NCBI GenBank assembly: GCA_900617105.1 | Contig: UYFQ01000685.1 | Location: 124,001 to 188,000, forward strand | Length of the DNA: 64,000 nucleotides | Direction: 5' to 3' | Source of the DNA: Hydrurus foetidus | Taxonomy: Eukaryota | In this document: piece after piece, positions 62,407-64,000 of the stretch | Layout: every line of letters begins with the position of its first letter | Position numbering within the stretch: the first letter of the stretch is position 1 | The notes under the pieces: model-generated | Databases searched by the model: none | What the model saw: only the letters and a program-made list of their open reading frames with translations | What the model was told of the DNA's origin: nothing | Translations under genes and position numbers: made by a program

Positions 62407-64000
62407 ATGTCAATTTCATCAGATGAAGTTAACTACCTGATCTACAGATATCTTCAAGAGAATGGTGTGTACGAGTAATGGTTTTGGTCGATTTTTATGC
62501 ATGAAACAAATTGCTTAAAATCTGGTAAATAAATATTTATTTATTAGGTTATTCACATTCAGCATTCACATTTGCGTACGAATCTCTCGTGGCGAAATCA
62601 AGCGTCGCACAATCGGATATTCCACCAGGCGCGCTCATAACTTTTTTACAGAAGGGACTTGAATATGTCGGAATCGAAGAGCACATACATGAGGTATGAA
62701 TAATAAAATCTCGATGGATAAAGTTATACACCATGACCGCATCATTTGGGCATGGCTTTGAAAATCACGGAGAGCTTTAGCATTTCAATTGAAGGCAATT
62801 GGCAGTATCACAAATGGCCAGCTGAATTTAATGTCAAGAAGTTGATGACGATTCATGTGCCGCCATAATAAATATTTGACGCCACGAATTATTGCAACGA
62901 CAGGATGGATCCATAAAAGAATTTGAGGCGAATTTCTCGTTGCTATCTCCTTTTATTTGTGATGCAATAGCGACTAAAGACGATAGGAGGACGCGGAGGT
63001 CTTTGAGCACTGCAGATAATCCTAGTTCATCATCATCTGGGCAAGCGAAGGCAGATTTATCAAATGGATCAAGCTCGGAAGCATTTCCTGATGACAAAAA
63101 CGGCTCAATAAAGCCATCAATTATAACTTTGAAGTAAGTACAAACTATGACGGAATATTGGAGTCGCGAAATGACATGATAACTGACGATAAAACATGCC
63201 ATAACGTGAAGTGGTATAACATCGCATGACAGGTCTGACAATGATCGGCCGTTTCTTCAGCTATCGGGACATCAAGGAGAAGTATTCTCGTGCGTATGGA
63301 ATCCTGCAATGTCCCAAGTAGCTTCTGGATCATCGGATGGAATGTGTCGCCTTTGGGGACTGTGGGAAATGACGTCAGAAAAATGGGCATCGGAAGACTC
63401 TGAAATACCCCTGCGTACTGCAATATTGCCACATTCAATGTATGCAGGGGAACGATTCAAAGACGTGACGTCTGTGTCCTGGTGTCCCGATGGGAGGTAT
63501 TTAGCGACAGGGTGCTATGACGGCATGGTGCGTATCTGGGACAACCAGGGGGTGCTTCGCTCTTCCCTAAAAGAACACACCGGACCCGTGTTCTCATTGA
63601 AATGGACGAAACAAGGCAACATAATATTGAGCGGTAGTTACGACCGGAGATCCATTGTGTGGTGTGCCGCCACGGGAACTATTTTGAAGTCTTACATTTT
63701 GCATTCCGCCCCTATATTAGACCTAGATTGGAGGGATTCTGACACTTTTGCGACTTGCTCGAGCGACATGTAAGACCCTTTATCATCTGTGCCATTTCAA
63801 CATTCATCGAATTGGGCTATAAGAATGCAAACTCAAAAAGTCTCAACACAAATGCGCCTATTTGCTTATTTGACGCGTGAATTTGATATCGTCTTGTTCA
63901 ATTTAGCGTCGCTTGACTGTATGCTAGGCCAGAAGAATCACGCACACGTATCTGTGATGTCAACATTGCATCCTTCAGTGTGATCGATTCCATCCTTCCT
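62407..64000 (+). CDS. TBL1X: TBL1/Ebi/HOS15-like LisH + WD40 protein, 5' part, continues off the window
   Basis: [44 protein letters not shown] (LisH); GHQGEVFSCVWNP, KDVTSVSW..LATGCYDG, EHTGPVFSLKW, HSAPILDLDW (WD40). Confidence 0.94.

Noticed and set aside
1..64000. CRISPR arrays, rRNA or tRNA genes, telomeric repeats
   Set aside because: None seen by eye; a covariance-model scan was not possible.

Overview
Eukaryotic genomic DNA with GT-AG introns, probably from a plastid-bearing stramenopile (inferred from a NAR1-type transporter with a signal+transit-like leader). Host genes: XPB helicase (partial), formate/nitrite transporter, TRAPPC1, a Tubby-domain gene, a possible F-box protein, cobalamin-dependent methionine synthase, ataxin-3/Josephin, a large coiled-coil protein, a Tudor-like/C2/coiled-coil protein, a P3A H+-ATPase, TSR1 and TBL1 (partial). 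A ~20 kb transposon cluster (25.3-45.7 kb) lies between two divergent genes. It holds an IS630/Tc1-type element with long TIRs, a 743 bp foldback, a complete Ngaro-type tyrosine-recombinase retrotransposon, a small TIR element and a young Copia element. A hAT element lies at 58.7-62.0 kb. Most notable: (1) METH has its homocysteine+folate module triplicated in frame (3 x 760 aa) ahead of one B12-binding and one activation domain; (2) the Ngaro element may make RT and YR by gag stop readthrough plus alternative 3' splicing; (3) the Copia element has no tRNA-type PBS but a 10-nt PBS complementary to its own LTR (Tf1-like self-priming); (4) three unrelated elements appear stacked within about 10 bp of the foldback's right end. 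Many TE frameshifts are single-base losses in short homopolymers and may be assembly errors. All calls were made by eye, without database searches.
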